Shown here one piece after another: positions 13,075 through 24,950 of a stretch of 50,000 bases of DNA (the stretch's first letter is position 1; the number at the start of each line of letters is the position of its first letter). The DNA is from Chiloscyllium plagiosum. Taxonomy: Eukaryota. A program made the translations under genes and the position numbers. The DNA lies in assembly GCF_004010195.1 (NCBI RefSeq), contig NW_025214726.1:1-50000 (forward strand). The letters run 5' to 3'. Under the pieces are notes generated by a model that was given only the letters and a program-made list of their open reading frames with translations, did not search any database and was not told the origin of the DNA.

Positions 13075-13750
13075 AGATAGAAACGTGGAAAATAGGAACA
13101 GAGTCGGTCATTTGTCCCTCTGAACCTACTCCACTGTTCAATATGGTCATGACTGATCATTCAACTCATCATTCTGTTCCCTTTCTCACCATACCCTTTC
13201 TATAGACAGAACATACTTCCTCAGTTAAGAAGATCAAAATTTCACAATTCCAGACAAAAACAGAAATTGTTGGAAAAGTTCAGCAGGACTGGCAGCGTAC
13301 GAGGAAGGGTCACTCATCCCAAAACGGTAACTCTGATTTCTATTCACAGATGCTGCCCGACCTGCTGAGTTTTTCCAGCAATTTCAGTTTTTGACTGACA
13401 CTACAGCATCTGTAGTTCTTGCACAATTCCAAGTCTGGTCTCACTAAGGCTCTACATAACTGCAGCAAGTCACTCCTGTTCCTGTACTTACATTCGCCAC
13501 TTGCTGCAACTGCATGCTTACTTTCAGCACTGGTGTAAAAGGGCACTCAGGTCTCATTGCACCTTCCCCTTTCGCAATCTGTTGCCATTCAGACTAAGTG
13601 GATAACCTTACATTTACCCACATTATACTCCATCTGCCATGCATTTGCCCACTCTCACTGAACTTGTCTAAATCACACTGAAGAATCTTTGCATTCTTCT
13701 CACTGTTCACTCTCCCATCCAGCTTTGTTGTCTGCAAACCTGGAGATAAT
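13075..13750 (-). mobile_element. CR1 3' fragment interrupted by a PLE
   Basis: YRNRSDLLQLCRALVRPDLE motif; 3' UTR at 13075-13200. Confidence 0.75.
13253..13421. mobile_element. PLE family B inverted short insert
   Basis: 10-bp TSD cacaattcca at 13243-13252 and 13422-13431; inverted arms; decayed hammerhead at the junction; tail tacagcatctgtagttctt. Confidence 0.82.
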
Positions 13751-14013
13751 AAACAATACAATTTTGTTCTTGGACATTCCTGGACACTTCATTAATTGAC
13801 AAATCCTCCACATTAAAATTACTGTCCTATGCTAGATTCCGTTCCTTTTTTCACTTACCGCAGCTCTACAGCTTCCAACAAGCCTTCATGTAGGTCCAAA
13901 GAAGGATAAGGGTAATTAGAGGAGAAAGTGAGGTCTGCAGATGCTGGATCACAAAGTTGAAACTTTATTGCTGGAACAGCACAGCAGGTCAGGCAGCATC
14001 CAGGGAACAGGAG

Positions 14014-14049
14014 ATTCGACGTTTCGGGCACAGGCCCTTCTTCAGGAAT
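14014..14049 (-). ncRNA. Minimal hammerhead ribozyme motif (mirror copy)
   Basis: Reverse complement attc CTGAAGA A GGGC-ctgt-GCCC GAAA CGTC gaat. Confidence 0.75.
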
Positions 14050-14085
14050 GTTCCTGAAGAAGGGCCTGTGCCCGAAACGTCGAAT
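14050..14085 (+). ncRNA. Minimal type-I hammerhead ribozyme motif (PLE-type)
   Basis: gttc CTGAAGA A GGGC-ctgt-GCCC GAAA CGTC gaat. Stem I gttc/gaat, stem II 4 bp, palindromic ACGT stem III; predicted cut after C14081. Activity is inferred. Confidence 0.75.
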
Positions 14086-14847
14086 CTCCTGTTCCCTGGA
14101 TGCTGCCTGACCTGCTGTGCTGTTCCAGCAATAAAGTTTCAACTAAGGGTAATTAGATGATAGTGTCACTCTAGGTTCTCCATTTGAACATGAAGCCAAT
14201 GATGCTCAAATTTAATTTGCATGTACTTTTACGATGATGCAAAATTGTGACATGATATAGATTTTCATCTAAATATGTCAAGCTAGCAATTGTCAAAAGC
14301 TACATGACATTTTGAACTAGCCAAAAAACACTGACAAGGCGGAAACATTAAGTATAGACACACAAATTGTAGTTATACTCAAAGTGCAATTGACACATGA
14401 GCCTGACATAATGTAGGCTGCAGGTGTAACATTCTATTGTATCTATAATGTAAATACAAACCTATAAATTATGAGGAGGTTGCCTCATTTCTTGTAGAGA
14501 AAGTTTAGGTTGCTGAATTGGTACATTCATTTGCTAGTGCTGATAATATTACCTCATAAATAGCATTTTTAAAATTTGTACTTTATTGATGAAACAAATC
14601 CATGGTTTGCTCATTAATGGTTTTACCACCAGCATTGTAGACGAGATTTGTGAATTTTAATTAGATTTATGACAGATTCCCCACCAATTGGTGCAAAAGA
14701 TGACATTTGTTTTCATTTGTCTTTTTCTCTGAAAACCTTAATTTTAAAATGAGCGGTTTAATTTAAAATTACACATTTTTAAAATGAATATGCACTTAGG
14801 GATTTTGTTCTTGATTTTGGCTCCCAAAATGTCATGTGTTACTTCAT

Positions 14848-15204
14848 AAACAAAAACAGAAATTGCTGGGAAAACGCAGCAGGTCTGGCAGCATCTGTAG
14901 AGAGAAAGCAGAGTTAACATTTCGAGTTCAATTACCCTTCTTCAGAATTGATTGTAGGTGGAAAAGGATGGTACATACACTGTATACTGAAATTGGGTTG
15001 GGAGAGTGGGGCGGAGTAAACAATAGGTGGAGATGAAGCCCACAAAGAGAGAACAGCAGTTGGACAGACAGAGGAAACAGTAAAAGTCAGCCTGAGAGAA
15101 TGAATAGATGCTAATGAGGACCACTAGTAGCCGAAAATAGGATGATTGTGGTAGCAGCCCATGTGATGACAAGGCCTTGTGTGTGGAGTTAAGGTGAGGA
15201 CTGG
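14848..15204 (-). mobile_element. PLE family B 3' portion
   Basis: 13-bp TSD tgtgttacttcat/tgtattacttcat at 14835-14847 and 15205-15217; colinear with 29011-29307 plus 31110 onward. Confidence 0.85.
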
Positions 15205-15309
15205 TGTATTACTTCATGTTGACTTTGATCTAGAATTAGTCTAATTGCTGTCAACGAATTGCAGAGATTTCAGTAAGTTCCCCTGCACATCTTCTTGAAC
15301 ATTTTTGGA

Positions 15310-15520
15310 CCATAAAATACGGGAGCAAAATTAGGCCATTTGGCCCATTGGCTCTGTTCCGCCATTCAATCATGGCTGATATGTTCCTCAACCCCATTCT
15401 CCTGCCCTTTCCCTGTAATTTTTGATCCCCTTGCCAATTAAGAATCTATCTCTGCTTAAATGCACTCAATGATTTGGCCTCCAGAGCCTTCTGTGGCAGT
15501 GAGCTCCACAGATTCACAGC
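15310..15520 (-). mobile_element. CR1 3' UTR fragment
   Basis: Closely matches 47301-47500. Confidence 0.75.
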
Positions 15521-15789
15521 AAAGAGCGTGCTACATTTTATAAATAAAATTTGCCCCATTCCCCTCTGAATTTGATTTCCTTTAAGGTAACCACATACAC
15601 TGCAACAGATGGTGAGTCTATATTTTACACCGTGTTTCCGGAAACTATTTGTGCCCTGCAGTCTTCAGATCTTTAGATTAAAAATTGCAGCATACTGCAG
15701 CAGAAAACAAAACAATTGAACATGTTGGGCTGAATTTTCAACAGTTCGTGGAGGTAGGTCTGGGCTAGGGTGAGCCAAAAATGGATGGA

Positions 15790-16310
15790 AAGAACCATTG
15801 GGCTGGTCCATCTTGTGCACAAGATTAAATGTTCCAGCCAGCTGTGACAGGGAACCAATTAACCAATTGGTCCAGATCAGATTTCAGTCAATGGTAGCCC
15901 TCAGGAAATTGACAGTGTGGGATTCAGCAATAGAATGGCAAGCGGAGATAATTACTGCTTCACTCATTGGAAGCCCTGCCTGGCACTTGTGTGGCACGAT
16001 TTTTACATGCCAATTATCAACACAAGCCTGAATGTTACCCAGGCCTTGTTTCATATGGACACTAGATTAGAGTGGTGCTGGAAAAGCACAGCAGGTCAGG
16101 CAGCATCCAAAGAGCAGGAAAATCGACGTTTCGAGCAAAAGCCCTTCTGATGAAGGAGTTTTTCCCGAAACGTCGATTTTCCTGCTCCTCGGGTGCTGCC
16201 CTACCAGCTGTGCTTTTCCAGCACCACTCTAATCTAAACTCTGGTTTCTAGCATCTGCAGTCCTCACTTTTGCCTTCACATGGACACTGGCTATTTCCAT
16301 ATCTGAGGAG
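15790..16310 (-). mobile_element. Decayed CR1/L2-group LINE (second family) fragment, split by a PLE
   Basis: Reverse complement resembles 34190-34428 (ctcagatactgaagcagtccatg..caggcttgg..accattg). Confidence 0.55.
16064..16274. mobile_element. PLE family A inverted short insert
   Basis: 14-bp TSD ttcatatggacact/ttcacatggacact at 16050-16063 and 16275-16288; arms meet at cccttCTGATGA; 3' tail present. Confidence 0.9.
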
Positions 16311-16639
16311 CTAGTTAATTAAGGACATGCATAAAATGCCCTGAACATTCCAGACAGAGTACCAGGAAGCCACCTGTGAAATCATGACAGAATGCCAGTG
16401 TCAGTCCAACCAGAATTCAGAGCCAAAGTCTCCACTCAATGCAAAGGTGCCATGATAGTGAAAACCTCCATCCATGGGCAGCATCCATTCCTGTGGTGGA
16501 GTCTGTCTTTTCCAATCCATGACCTTGACATTTTTGATCTTTCTCATATTCCCTATTTGTAACCAATGACAGGGAATAGAGATAAGAATTGAAAAATAAA
16601 AGCAGGCACAATATTAAATAGTTCTCAAGTATCCAAAAG

Positions 16640-17075
16640 AATGTTGCCAAGCCCATGCATTTATTGGCCCGTCCTAATAGTCCTTGTGAAAGTGCTGGTA
16701 ACCTTGAACTGCTGCAGTCATCTGTTACTGTTACACCCATTGCGTTGTTAGGCAGGAATTTCAGAATTTTGATCCAGTGGCCATGAGAAATAGTAATAAA
16801 ATTCCAAGTCAGATGTTTTGTGGATTGCAGGTGCTTATATATGATGGTGTTCCCATGTATCTGCTGCCCTTATCCCGTAAGATTTAGAGGTCATAGGTTT
16901 GGAAGGTGCTATCCAAGTTGTTGCAGTGCATCTCTTATATGGGACATGCAATTATGTATCAGTGGTGATAGGAGTGAATGTTTAAGATGGTGAAATTGAT
17001 GTCAATCAAGCATGTTGATCTGTCTTGGATGGTATCAAGCTCCTTGAATGTTGTTGGAGCTGTACATATCCCATT
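16640..17075 (-). mobile_element. CR1/L2-group LINE (second family) 3' end
   Basis: Reverse complement encodes APTTFKELDTIQD-like sequence and matches 23800-24260. Confidence 0.7.
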
Positions 17076-17619
17076 GGATTCCTCAAGATTTCACCAGATC
17101 CAATGAAATCTCTTGATTTCAGATCAAGCATTAGCAAGGAAATCTTCCGATGATTACCAACTAACATGCACCCACTAACACCTCACCCACCTCAGCTCTT
17201 GATTCAGTAGTCCTCCATGTTTAGTATCAATTGAAAGAGGTAGAGAGGATTGGAAAGAGCATAGCATGCACTCTGGATGTGGGACTTAAATGCCCATCAC
17301 CAACATTGGTTTGACATCAATGTTACTAATTTCTAAAAGGGCATATTTGCTGGATTGGATCTGTGGCAGGCAGTGAGGAAACCAACGAGGTGGAAGAACC
17401 TGTTTGGCTTTGATCTCCCTACCCTGCTTGAATCAGATACAGCTATCCAAGACAGTAACAACTATAGTGCTTGTGGGGATGAATTTCCACCATCACATTA
17501 AAAATATCTTCCACCATGTTAAGTATAACCAACTCTATAGCATAGTTCAGGGGATCATTATGCAAGATGCGTTGTGCCTGGGAGGAGAGTGTGCAACTAA
17601 GAATGGTATTCCCCTACCT

Positions 17620-20340
17620 CTGTTGCCATTAAACTTCTCGGTGGTAAATGTCAGAAAGTAAATACTCATGGGGTAGCATACTGGCAATGCTAGAAGTTTA
17701 ACTGTCTAACAGGAAATAGAGAGTAGGTGTAAATGGGTCTTTTGTAGGTTGGGAAGATATGACCCTAGACTTGTTGCTGGGACCTCAACAGTTTTGAATA
17801 ATTTATTCAGATGCTCTCCAAATTTCCTGAAGAAACAAGTGGGTATGAATATAAGATTATGGAGAGGACTCAAGGAGATTGCAAAAGATTATAGACAGAT
17901 TATCGGATTCAAGATGCTGTCAACAAATGGTGACTCTTTGTGTACTCTCTGCAGCAGATCTTATTCTCACAAATTAAAGGCGCAGTGATCTGGCAAAGAT
18001 GTCAAACGAAGGATAGTGTGGGAAAATTGTCCGTTCTGACAAGATTACAAAAGAAGCATATCATCAAAATGGAGTGAAAGGCATCTGTATGCAATGAATT
18101 GCAAAAGATTTGTATACAGGTGTAGCAAATAAAATATTATCAATTATTACCAGTGGAACTAAACGCAAAAGTAGGAAGGTTATACTTCAGTTATACAGGA
18201 CACTGGTGAAACTGCATTTGGAACACTGTGGGCAGTATTGGTCATCTTATTTAAGGAAGGATATGAGGTTTTGGAGGCAATTCAGAAAAAAGATGAATAG
18301 TCTTTAACTGAAATGGGCAGATTGTTTAGTTAGTGAGGAAATGTTGGACAACCTCGGCTTAAATTCACTGGGGTTAGATTACTTACAGTGTGGAAATAGG
18401 CCCAACAAGTCCACACCCGCCAAAGCGCAACCCACCCATTCCCCTACATTTACCCCTTTTACCTAACACTACGGGCAATTTAGCATGGCCAATTCACCTG
18501 ACCTGCACATCTTTGGACTGTGGGAGGAAACCGGAGCACCCGGAGGAAACCCACGCAGACATGGGGAGAATGTGCAAACTCCACACAGTCAGTCGCCTGA
18601 GTCGGGAATTGAACCCGGGTCTCTGGCGTTGTGAGGCAGCAGTGCTAACCACTGTGCCACCATGCCGCCTATGGGAGTAAGAGATGACTTGACATTATAA
18701 CAAGGTAGTCGGATAAGTTCAAAGTAATCTGGAAAAGCCAACGTGATTTTGTCAAAGGGAAAACAGCTTTAGCCAATTTATTGGAGTTCTTTGAAGAAGT
18801 AACTTACGCTATAGATAAAGGAGAACCAATGTTTGTACTGTATTTAGTTGTCAAAAGGCATTGAGTAAGTGACATTTCAAAGGTTATTGTGGAAGATAAA
18901 AGCTCATGGCGTTGGACGTAATATATTGACATAGATAGAAGATTAGCAGACTTAAAGGAAGCAGAGAATAGGAATATGTGGGTGTTCTTCAGACTGGCAA
19001 GCTGTCACGAGTAGTGTGCCATGGGGGTCAGTAACAGGGTCCAACTCTTTACAATTTTTGTAAATTATTTGGATGAAGGGATGATAGCTAAATTAGCTGG
19101 TGACACAAAGGAAAATGAGTTGTGAGAGGACACAAGACAATAAGACAGAGGAGCAGAATGAGACCATTCAGCCCATCATGTCTGGTTCACCATTCAATCA
19201 TGGCCGGTATGTTTATCAACCCCATTCTCCTGCCTTCTCCCTGTAATCCTTGATCCCTTTACTGATCAAGAACCTGTCAATCTTTGACTTAAATATTTAG
19301 TGCACATTGAGGCTTCAACGATTTGGCCTTACAGCCTTCTGCAGCCGTGAGTTCCATAGGTCTCACTAACCTCTGGCTTATAAAAAAACTCCTCATCTCA
19401 GTTCTCTGAGGCTGTACCCTTGGGTCCTAATATGACCTACTAACGAAGCCATCTTCTCCACATTCGCTCTATCCAGACATCTCAATATCCTATAAGTTTC
19501 AATGAGACCCCTTCCTCATTCCTCTAAACTCCATGATGTGCAGGAGCCTACAAAGGAATATCGATAGGTTAAATGAATGGACAAAGGTCAGACAAAAAGG
19601 TCGGAAAGTGGGAAATTATCCATTTTGGCAGAAAGAATAAAAAAGAAGCATAAATTGCAAGAGGTTGCAGATCTCTGAGTTGCAGAGAGATCTGGGTGTC
19701 CTAATGCATGATTAGTTTTCAGGCACTTCCAGTAATCAGGTAAACTAGATGTTTTATTGTGAGAGGTATTGAATGCAACAGTGGGGAGGTTATGCTTCAG
19801 TTATACAGTAAGACTACATTTGGAATACCTAGTACAGTACTGGTCACCATATTGACTAGACTACCTGGATCGAAAGGATTTCCTTATGAGGGAAGGCTAG
19901 GTAGGTTGAACTTCAATCCTCTGCAGTTTTTAGAAGACTATGAGGTAACTTAATTTAAATATATAAGATCCTGAGGAATCTTGACCAGATGGATATTGAA
20001 TGTATGTTTCCTCTCGTGGGAAAATCTAGAACTAGGGATCATAATTTAAAAATAAGGGGGTGCCTATTTAAAACAGAAATGAGAAGACAGTTTTTTTTTT
20101 CTCTCACAGGGTCATGAGTCTTTGGGCTTCCCTTCCTCAAAAGACAGTGGATGCAGAATGTTTAAATATTTTTAAAGTAGAGGTATATAGATTCTTGATT
20201 ACCAAGAGAATGAAAGATTATCGAGGGTATGTAGAAATGTAGAGTTCAGGTTGAAAGCAGATCGGCCATGGTCTTAATGAATGACAGAACAGGATCAAAG
20301 AGCTGATTGGCCTTCTGTATGATCCTTTTTTGTATGTATG
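17620..20340 (+). mobile_element. Cluster of decayed CR1 ORF2 fragments, interrupted by a SINE and an antisense CR1 3' end (19140-19535)
   Basis: KSRKVILQLYRTLVKLHLEHCGQYWSSYLRKD (18110), LLEFFEEVT (18780), RGIECNSGEVMLQLY (19759), 3' UTR near 20260-20340. Confidence 0.8.
18373..18669 (-). mobile_element. HE1-like V-SINE
   Basis: Reverse complement ggcggcatggtggcacagtggttagcactgctgcctcac..gggttcaattcc, V-domain, (tctaa) tail. Confidence 0.93.
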
Positions 20341-21199
20341 ATTTTTTGGTAAGTGAAGTTGTTTGATAATGGGAGGGGAAGAGTTAGTGCAAAGTCAGAA
20401 ACACCAAAGGAATCCTCCCGCAACCATCTTACCTCGGCCTGCACTCTTCTAGCCTAGCCATCTGAATTGCTGGAGATGGTGGAGGTGTTGTGTTATTCAA
20501 ATCTATCCCACTATTTCTGGTCTACAATGCTGTGGTCACTGTGGTAAGGTATAACAGGGAACATTTATAGTTCTATTTATAAAGAAATCGTTAACACATC
20601 TACATAGACCACCCTTACAAAGAGTGTAATATGATTTTGCCGTAAATTTCACTCAGAGGAAATCTATCTGCTCACCACAGAGAAACAAACATAATTGAAA
20701 ATCTTGTTACAGTAATAACTTAATAATCAAAAGGCCAATTCCAAGTAGAAGCCAAACAAAAGAAGGGAACAGTGATGTGGCCTTAGTGAATGGAGTTTGA
20801 GGAACTAACATTAATTGAAGTAATTGGTTCCTCTTTTTGAGGTCAACTGCAAATTGTGTGTAGTTTTTAAGCAAATGTCAATTTATAAGCTACACTGCAC
20901 TTTTTAAAAATGCATTCCTTTCTACCTTGCCGTGTAACTGCTGAGGAAAATGTTGGTGTCAATACAATAAGAGATGCGATGGCCTACTTCCATTCTGGAA
21001 CTGTCCCTGAGCCTATTTGAAGGCCACGGGGAGAGATTTATTAAAGGAGTGTAGCCATCTAGGATTATTTTAAAAATACCCCAATTTTGATCAGTTTAGT
21101 TCTCTTATTATTATCATCTTGTACTTTGCCATGTGTTTGCACAATGAAACCATTTTACATGAAAAGATGGGTTGGAGAGAGGGCAACAACTTCCTAGGA

Positions 21200-21680
21200 T
21201 AAAACTCATAGAATCACACAACAGAGAAGGAGTGCATTCAGATCAATAGGCCAATGCTCTCTCTTTGAAGAGCTTTCCAATTAACCCTATTCTCTTATAC
21301 TTTTCCACATGGTCCTGCAATTTATTTTTATTTTTATGTATATATCCAACCCCCCTTTGAAAATTGCTGCTTCCAGCACAATATATTCCAGATTTATAAC
21401 AATTTGCTGCATAAAACAAAATTCTCAGCTTCACTTTTGACAATTTTGTCAATTATCTTCTATCTGTATCAAATGGAAAAATAATTCCCCTGTCTATGTT
21501 ACCAAAGTACCACTTCAGTTGAACATCTCTGTTCAAACATACCCCATTACCCACTAACACCCCATCAAAGTTCTGTGTTCTTAGTAGTACATTTCAAACT
21601 TTTCTAGCCCCTACCCATAATTGAAATCCCTTATCCCTGAATTAATTCTGGTAAATCTCCACTCCACCCTCACCAAGACT
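21200..21680 (-). mobile_element. Old CR1 3' end
   Basis: catagaatcacaacagagaaggag..cattcag tail plus decayed C-terminal coding similarity. Confidence 0.55.
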
Positions 21681-22439
21681 CAGTTTTCCCATGTTTCTTC
21701 TTTATTCATGTGCTGATGAAATGCACCTTTATGTGTTTTCAATATTTTCTCTAATTGTTTTTTCACTTAAACTGACAAAGCAAGTGCTGTCAATCTCGGC
21801 TTTCCTACAATGCAATACAGAGAAATACTAAGGAAATCTTTTGGACATGTATTTCAGTGAGGTTGGCAAAGTGGAACTGCGCACTTAAATGATAATATGA
21901 TGAAATATGTGGTTAAATGAGAGTAAATGGATAAGCTTCCAACACATCATTATGGCTCTTTTCCAACTGGATTTCAAGAATCTCAATGACTTGAATCATC
22001 TTTTAATGCTGCTGATTCAGACTTCAGCTCATTATTGTGGCTAATGTTGATACAAGAGCTAGTAAGGCCATCAATATAATCACTACACATTTGAGATACA
22101 AAAACTGATTGTTTTCTTAATTTACTCAATGGTTAAATAAGTCATGTACCCAGTAATCCACTGGGGTCTCACCATGCATAAAAAACTGGTAATATAAAAA
22201 TAAAAGATTATTCTGAATGTTTTCTTCTCATTGCATGGTTTGGTTCAAGCACACCCAATCGGTTAAAGTTGATATAATTTACAAAACTAAAAGAAATAAA
22301 TAAGCAAATATAAACTCACAACCCTTAACTGTCACCAACGATGCACATTATGGATTTAGCTAAAATCAACAGGGCTAAATTTCTTCTTGCCGTTAGAAGC
22401 CAAAACATAAGATGCAGTGATGTGTATTGTTTGTATGCA

Positions 22440-22610
22440 TAATATATCACCATTCCTTCACTGCTGTTGAGTCAAAATCCTTACTCCCTTGTAAGTCCAT
22501 CTACACCAAATGGACTGCAGTGGTTCAAGAAGGCGGCTCACTCAAACCTTATAAAGGGTATCTGGGGACAAATAAGAAATGTTGGACTGGCCAGCATGAG
22601 TGAAATAAAG
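22440..22610 (+). mobile_element. CR1/L2-group LINE (second family) 3' end fragment
   Basis: ggactgcagtggttcaagaaggcggctcac..gggacaaataagaaatgttgg matches 24140-24240. Confidence 0.6.
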
Positions 22611-23026
22611 CTGTTAACTCCTGCAGGTACCATTAATAATACTTCTGAGAGTAAACAACTCTAGGACACATTAAGCCACTGCTCTTTTTCTGTTTTGAGT
22701 ATTAAGCTGTAATTAAAGCTGGCTTCCTAAGTTCTTAAGACCTGAGATTGCTTTCACCCCCAACCCACTTCCATTCTATCTTCTAAAGCATATTGCCAGT
22801 TACACAAAGGAAACAGAGTTGTGTTTATGGAAAAGAAATATTATTGTTGGCATGGTAAGCCAGTGGTTAGAGAAATGTTTTTAGTCCACATGACTCCTCT
22901 TTGAAGTCTCATTGGATTGCTGACATGAAATTATAATCAATAAATAAGATAAAGTTTAAGTTGGCACCAGAAAAATTATCAGGAAAGCTACTACATTATT
23001 ATAAAAAGTCCCATTGCTTCACTAAT

Positions 23027-23221
23027 CATGATTTGGAGATGCCAGTGTTGGACTGGGGTGTACAAAGTTAACAATCATACAACAAGTCTATTTGGAAGCA
23101 CTGGCTTTTGGAGCGCTGCTCCTTCACCGTCACAACCACCTGATGAAGGAGCAGTGCTCCGAAAGCTAGTGCTTCCAAATAAACCTGTTGCACTATAACC
23201 TGGTGTTATGTGATTTTTAAC
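23027..23221. mobile_element. PLE family C inverted short insert
   Basis: 13-bp TSD ttgcttcactaat at 23014-23026 and 23222-23234; tail plus inverted arms; homologous to 45917-46119. PLE assignment is inferred from architecture and the hammerhead. Confidence 0.8.
23137..23171 (+). ncRNA. Minimal hammerhead ribozyme motif (family C)
   Basis: cac CTGATGA A GGAGC-agt-GCTCC GAAA GCTA gtg. Stem I cac/gtg, 5-bp stem II, palindromic AGCT stem III, CUA cleavage triplet. Confidence 0.72.
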
Positions 23222-23799
23222 TTGCTTCACTAATGGCCTTCAAAGAAGAGAACTCATCACCTTTACCTTGTCTTGCCTGTATATGATCCCAGTCCTACCT
23301 TACGTAGATGACTCAACGCCCTTAGAAAACCATTGTCAATGAATATTGGCTTGTCAATACCAATACCATTCAAAACAATAATACAACTGGATTAAGTCAA
23401 GACATACTGAAGTCCTGTGACTAACCTACATTTATCTATGAGTCATGAGATGCTGTTTTAGATCTCCTAGTGTCTAGATTCCAACTTTAAGACTAATATC
23501 CTGGGAACATGTTTCATTAGTGTCAAAGCAATCAGTAATATTCCTCTCATGCAACTTACCTGGACAAGAAAAGGTAACAAGTCATACCCCAGGATTCTGT
23601 CAAAATGTTCATTTTGCAATGTGTGTTAATGGTAGACCAACAGATTCTAAAAAGATGTGCGGATCTATGAGACATGCTTGTAGTAAATGGGCAGCTAGAA
23701 TGATATTACTTAATTTTACTTTTCCCTTCAATATTACATGCGTGAACCAAATATGATTCCCAACCTTAGCAGGACATATTCTAGAAGGTATCAATAAAT

Positions 23800-24260
23800 A
23801 AATGACGACTTGCTTCCAATCACTGTCCCCACACTCCCCACATGTCTGGATGCAGTTTCAACAACATTTAAGAAGCTTGACACCATCCAGGACAAAGTAG
23901 TTGTTTAATTGACCCTTCATCCAAAAACATTCACTCCCTTCACTTCTGATGCTTGGTAGCAACAGTCTGTACAATCTTCAGGATGCACTGCAGAAATTCA
24001 CCAAGGTTGCTTAGACAGTACCTTCCAAATCTATGACTATAATGAACTAGAAGAACCATGGTATTCAATACATGGAAATATCACCACATGCAAGTTCCCC
24101 TCCAAGCTGCTCACCATCCTGACTGAGAAATATTTTGCTTTTCCTTCAGCGTTTCTGGGTCAAATAGCATTCTGGATCTACCGATAGCGACTGGAGTTCA
24201 AAAAGGCAGTTTGCCACTACCTTCTCAAGAACAATTAAAGATAAACAATTAGAGATGTGA
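23800..24260 (+). mobile_element. CR1/L2-group LINE (second family) 3' end
   Basis: STTFKKLDTIQDK (23858-23896), ..RMHCRNSPRLLRQYLPN.., followed by 3' UTR. Confidence 0.75.
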
Positions 24261-24859
24261 AAGATTAAAAATTGAAGAGCAGAAAGAGTGGAAGGATTGT
24301 TGACACCATTAGGTGAAGCAGATTGCATGGATGGAAACTCATATGGAGCAATAATACTGATGTGCCAAATGGTGTGTTTCTGTGCTGTAAGTACTCTGTA
24401 ATTGTGTAATGCAATTTCAGAGACTCTATTGAGCTGGTTAAATTTGTGGAAGTGTCATAGTAGTTCCTGTCAGTGAGGTTCATTTCTCCTTTAAATTGCA
24501 AGCTACAGCAGTTTATTGCAGAAACCATGTACCATTTTGGACTCAGACAATCTAAATTCTTGTCCCTTTAGTTCTTTCCTGATCTCTCTATAAGATGGTA
24601 TGAAAAACAAAATATACTCTGTTCATGAAGCTAATTCAACCCAGTCTGCCTTTACAATCATAATAGCATAAAAATGTTCACAAGGAGCAACAAAAGAAAT
24701 CTCTTAATACCAATTACTTGAAATAAGAAACTAATTTAGTGAGTGTTTCAAGCTAGGATACTGTAATGAATATTGATATGGGTGTGGATATAGTGAGCAG
24801 TTTAGGTTACAAGTTTTAGCTCATAGAGATGGATAATAGATATGGGCCAGGTCAGAATA

Positions 24860-24950
24860 TAAAACAAAAACAGAAAGGGCAGGAGAAAGGCAACAGGACT
24901 GGCATCATCTATGGAGAGAGAAACAAATAACTTTTCAAGTCCAGAATACA
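24860..24950 (-). mobile_element. Decayed PLE family B end
   Basis: aaaacagaaagggcaggagaaaggcaacaggactggcatcatctatggagagagaaac. Confidence 0.55.

Larger units (their letters stand above)
13921..14143. mobile_element. PLE family A insert forming a perfect palindrome
   Basis: Arms 13955-14048 and 14051-14144 are exact reverse complements with a 2-nt spacer; 34-nt tail 13921-13954; 14-bp TSD taagggtaattaga at 13907-13920 and 14144-14157. Confidence 0.95.
22850..23370 (+). mobile_element. Decayed SINE, split by a family C PLE
   Basis: tRNA-like head ggcatggtaagccagtggttag; body ttcactaatggccttcaaagaagagaac..ccttgtcttgcctgtatatga. Confidence 0.45.

Noticed and set aside
13855..14160. Two near-identical ORFs on opposite strands
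   Set aside because: Artefact of the perfect palindrome in a non-coding PLE end.
20927..21013. 87-nt minus-strand exon candidate (LRDSSRMEVGHRISYCIDTNIF..)
   Set aside because: Weak donor (gtagaa) and no recognisable protein.
22789..22854. 66-nt exon candidate with ATG|gtaagc donor
   Set aside because: The donor lies in a decayed SINE head; no recognisable peptide.
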